Below are positions 62,353 through 64,000 of a stretch of DNA of 64,000 nt, piece by piece. The position numbers were made by a program, and so were the translations under genes. Numbering within the stretch: position 1 is the stretch's first letter; every line of letters starts with the position of its first letter. Origin of the DNA: Oopsacas minuta (taxonomy: Eukaryota > Animalia > Porifera); contig JAKMXF010000315.1 of NCBI GenBank assembly GCA_024704765.1, positions 1 through 64,000 on the forward strand. The letters are read 5' to 3'. The notes beneath the pieces were generated by a model. The model made no database searches and had not been told where the DNA came from. It saw only the letters and a program-made list of their open reading frames with translations.

Positions 62353-62884
62353 CAGGGTGGGCCAAAAAACGGCCCTAACAATTAGCTTCGAATGTGCATC
62401 ATATTTAAGAGAGATTAACAAAACGTTATAGTTATAGAGCTAAAATGGCGTACAAGACGAATACAAGCTATTATTATCGTAGGTTGAAAGTTTACGAAGA
62501 TTAGAGCTTATGTTCGAGATGAGCACCATACAAATCTTTTCATTTTTGGATTTTTAGAACAAAATTCCCATTACATTCTTCAGAACTCTTTCTCCCGGGA
62601 TGACTTGCACGGTTTTCGGACCTACTATTTAGGTCTTTAACAGTTTTCTCAGTCTGAAATTTCCTAATCCAACCCTGAATTTCCGATTTCCAGGGCACAT
62701 TTTGACATCGAATATAGCAAATCTTTTCTGTAATTACCTTGAAGTTCGGCGTTCAAAAATTCTCTGAACCCGCTAATACTTCTACTGATTACTGAATAGA
62801 ATAAATAGATTATTATTGCATTATCTGACTAATAGTTTCAAGTTGGCCTGGAATGTGCACGGGGTCCGTTTTTGGCCCACTGGG
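62353..62884. mobile_element. Deleted Tc1/mariner derivative
   Basis: TA|CAGGGTGGGCCAAAAAACGG and degenerate CCGTTTTTGGCCCAC; helix-turn-helix-like remnant on the minus strand. Confidence 0.55.
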
Positions 62885-63714
62885 CATATGTATAATATAC
62901 TTAGCGATATATTGCATAAAAATATAGAAAAAAGGAGGTGCCAACTTCAAATTTAGGGCAGATTCCGAACAGTTTGGTCATGGGACAGATTACCGTAATA
63001 TCGTTGTACAGAATCAGGCGACTCCTAATGGACATGTCTAATGTACCAAATGTACTGTCTACTGTGCTTTTAATACTTCATTTTTGGACTTTTCTCGGGA
63101 TACCACGAGACGTTAATCCGACCCTGCATTTTGCCACAATATACTGTGAAATAGTTTGGGGATTCCTTTGCCTATCTTATGATACACATTTTTGATTTAA
63201 GGAGCTTATAGCGTTCTCATCAACCAGTGAATTCCGTAAAACTCTCCTATCCTCCCCAAATATGTATCCTGCTTTGCGCTTCTCTGCGCCAATCTGAGAA
63301 ATACTTTACCTGAAGAACTGACGATAAGATTGTGCCATGGAGAAGTTTGGGAACATAGAAATAGATTGATTACAACAAAGATATAATTTTGGTAAACGAA
63401 ATTTATGTCTCAGGAAATTTAGCCTCTTTGAATTTTCGTATCCTGAACTTTCCTAAATTGTGTAATTTCGTAAAATTTCTCGTTTATTGCAAGTTTCAAT
63501 TAGTACAAATATGTGCCAAATATATGAATATTAGAAGTAAAGTGTATATTAAGATATATTAAAGAGAATAGATGAAAGTATATTTAAGAGTAGAGATGAA
63601 GATATATTCAAAGCCAAAGTTATGTCCTATTCTCTTAAGATAGGTAATGGTATCCCAATTTGCGTAGTTTGAATCAAATGTTCGTATATGTTTATTACGT
63701 CCATTGATCTTTTA

Positions 63715-64000
63715 CTAACTAATTTCCTCTAGCCAGCCACCTACTCCACTAATGTTGTTTCCTGAATGGACTGCTCTCTCTGTAATACAACCCTCGACAA
63801 CATTATTAGTGCGAGCTAGTTCTCCTTGCACCCTTTCATACATATTCCAAATTCTGATAGGGAATTGATTCAGTGCCCTTGCATAATAACATTGAAACAA
63901 TCAACAACGTCTTGTTCCGGAACAAATGCAAGGCTTGGTACATCTTTAAACTCACACAAAATTCAATATCTGACTGGGACTGCACTGTTAATCCTTCAGA
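63715..64000 (-). pseudogene. MULE transposase C-terminal relic
   Basis: FPIRIWNMYERVQGELARTNNVVEG matches the MULE W..RTNN..EGWH motif. Confidence 0.75.

Noticed and set aside
1-64000. tRNA, rRNA or snRNA genes
   Set aside because: No cloverleaf or conserved rRNA segments recognised by eye; tRNAscan-SE or Infernal would be needed to exclude them.

Overview
AT-rich eukaryotic (animal-like) genomic DNA. Four host genes are recognisable: the C-terminal TPR part of PEX5 (+), a complete single-exon UGGT ending in HTEL (+), an F-box/LRR gene (+), and a 6.7-kb terminal exon of SMG1 (-) whose 5' exons lie beyond the window. Almost all intergenic and intronic DNA is decayed, nested transposon material: Helitron Rep and PIF1 relics, two OTU cysteine-protease relics next to Helitron pieces, a Buster-type hAT, Tc1/mariner elements, a RAG1-like/Transib transposase relic with CACAGT-type termini, a Galileo/P-like THAP element, a REL-endonuclease non-LTR retroelement with an internal inversion, MULE relics and many fold-back MITEs. 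The most striking structure is a 5.5-kb nested palindrome (34846-40323): two dead DD37D mariner (maT) copies in inverted orientation that I read as base-identical over about 1.26 kb, shared inactivating lesions included, and that differ only in their outermost about 30 bp. They enclose a Galileo-like element with its own long TIRs. Giant exons in normally intron-rich genes suggest an intron-poor lineage such as a glass sponge (inference only). No rRNA, tRNA or CRISPR array was seen. All alignments were done by eye, and coordinates of decayed relics are approximate.
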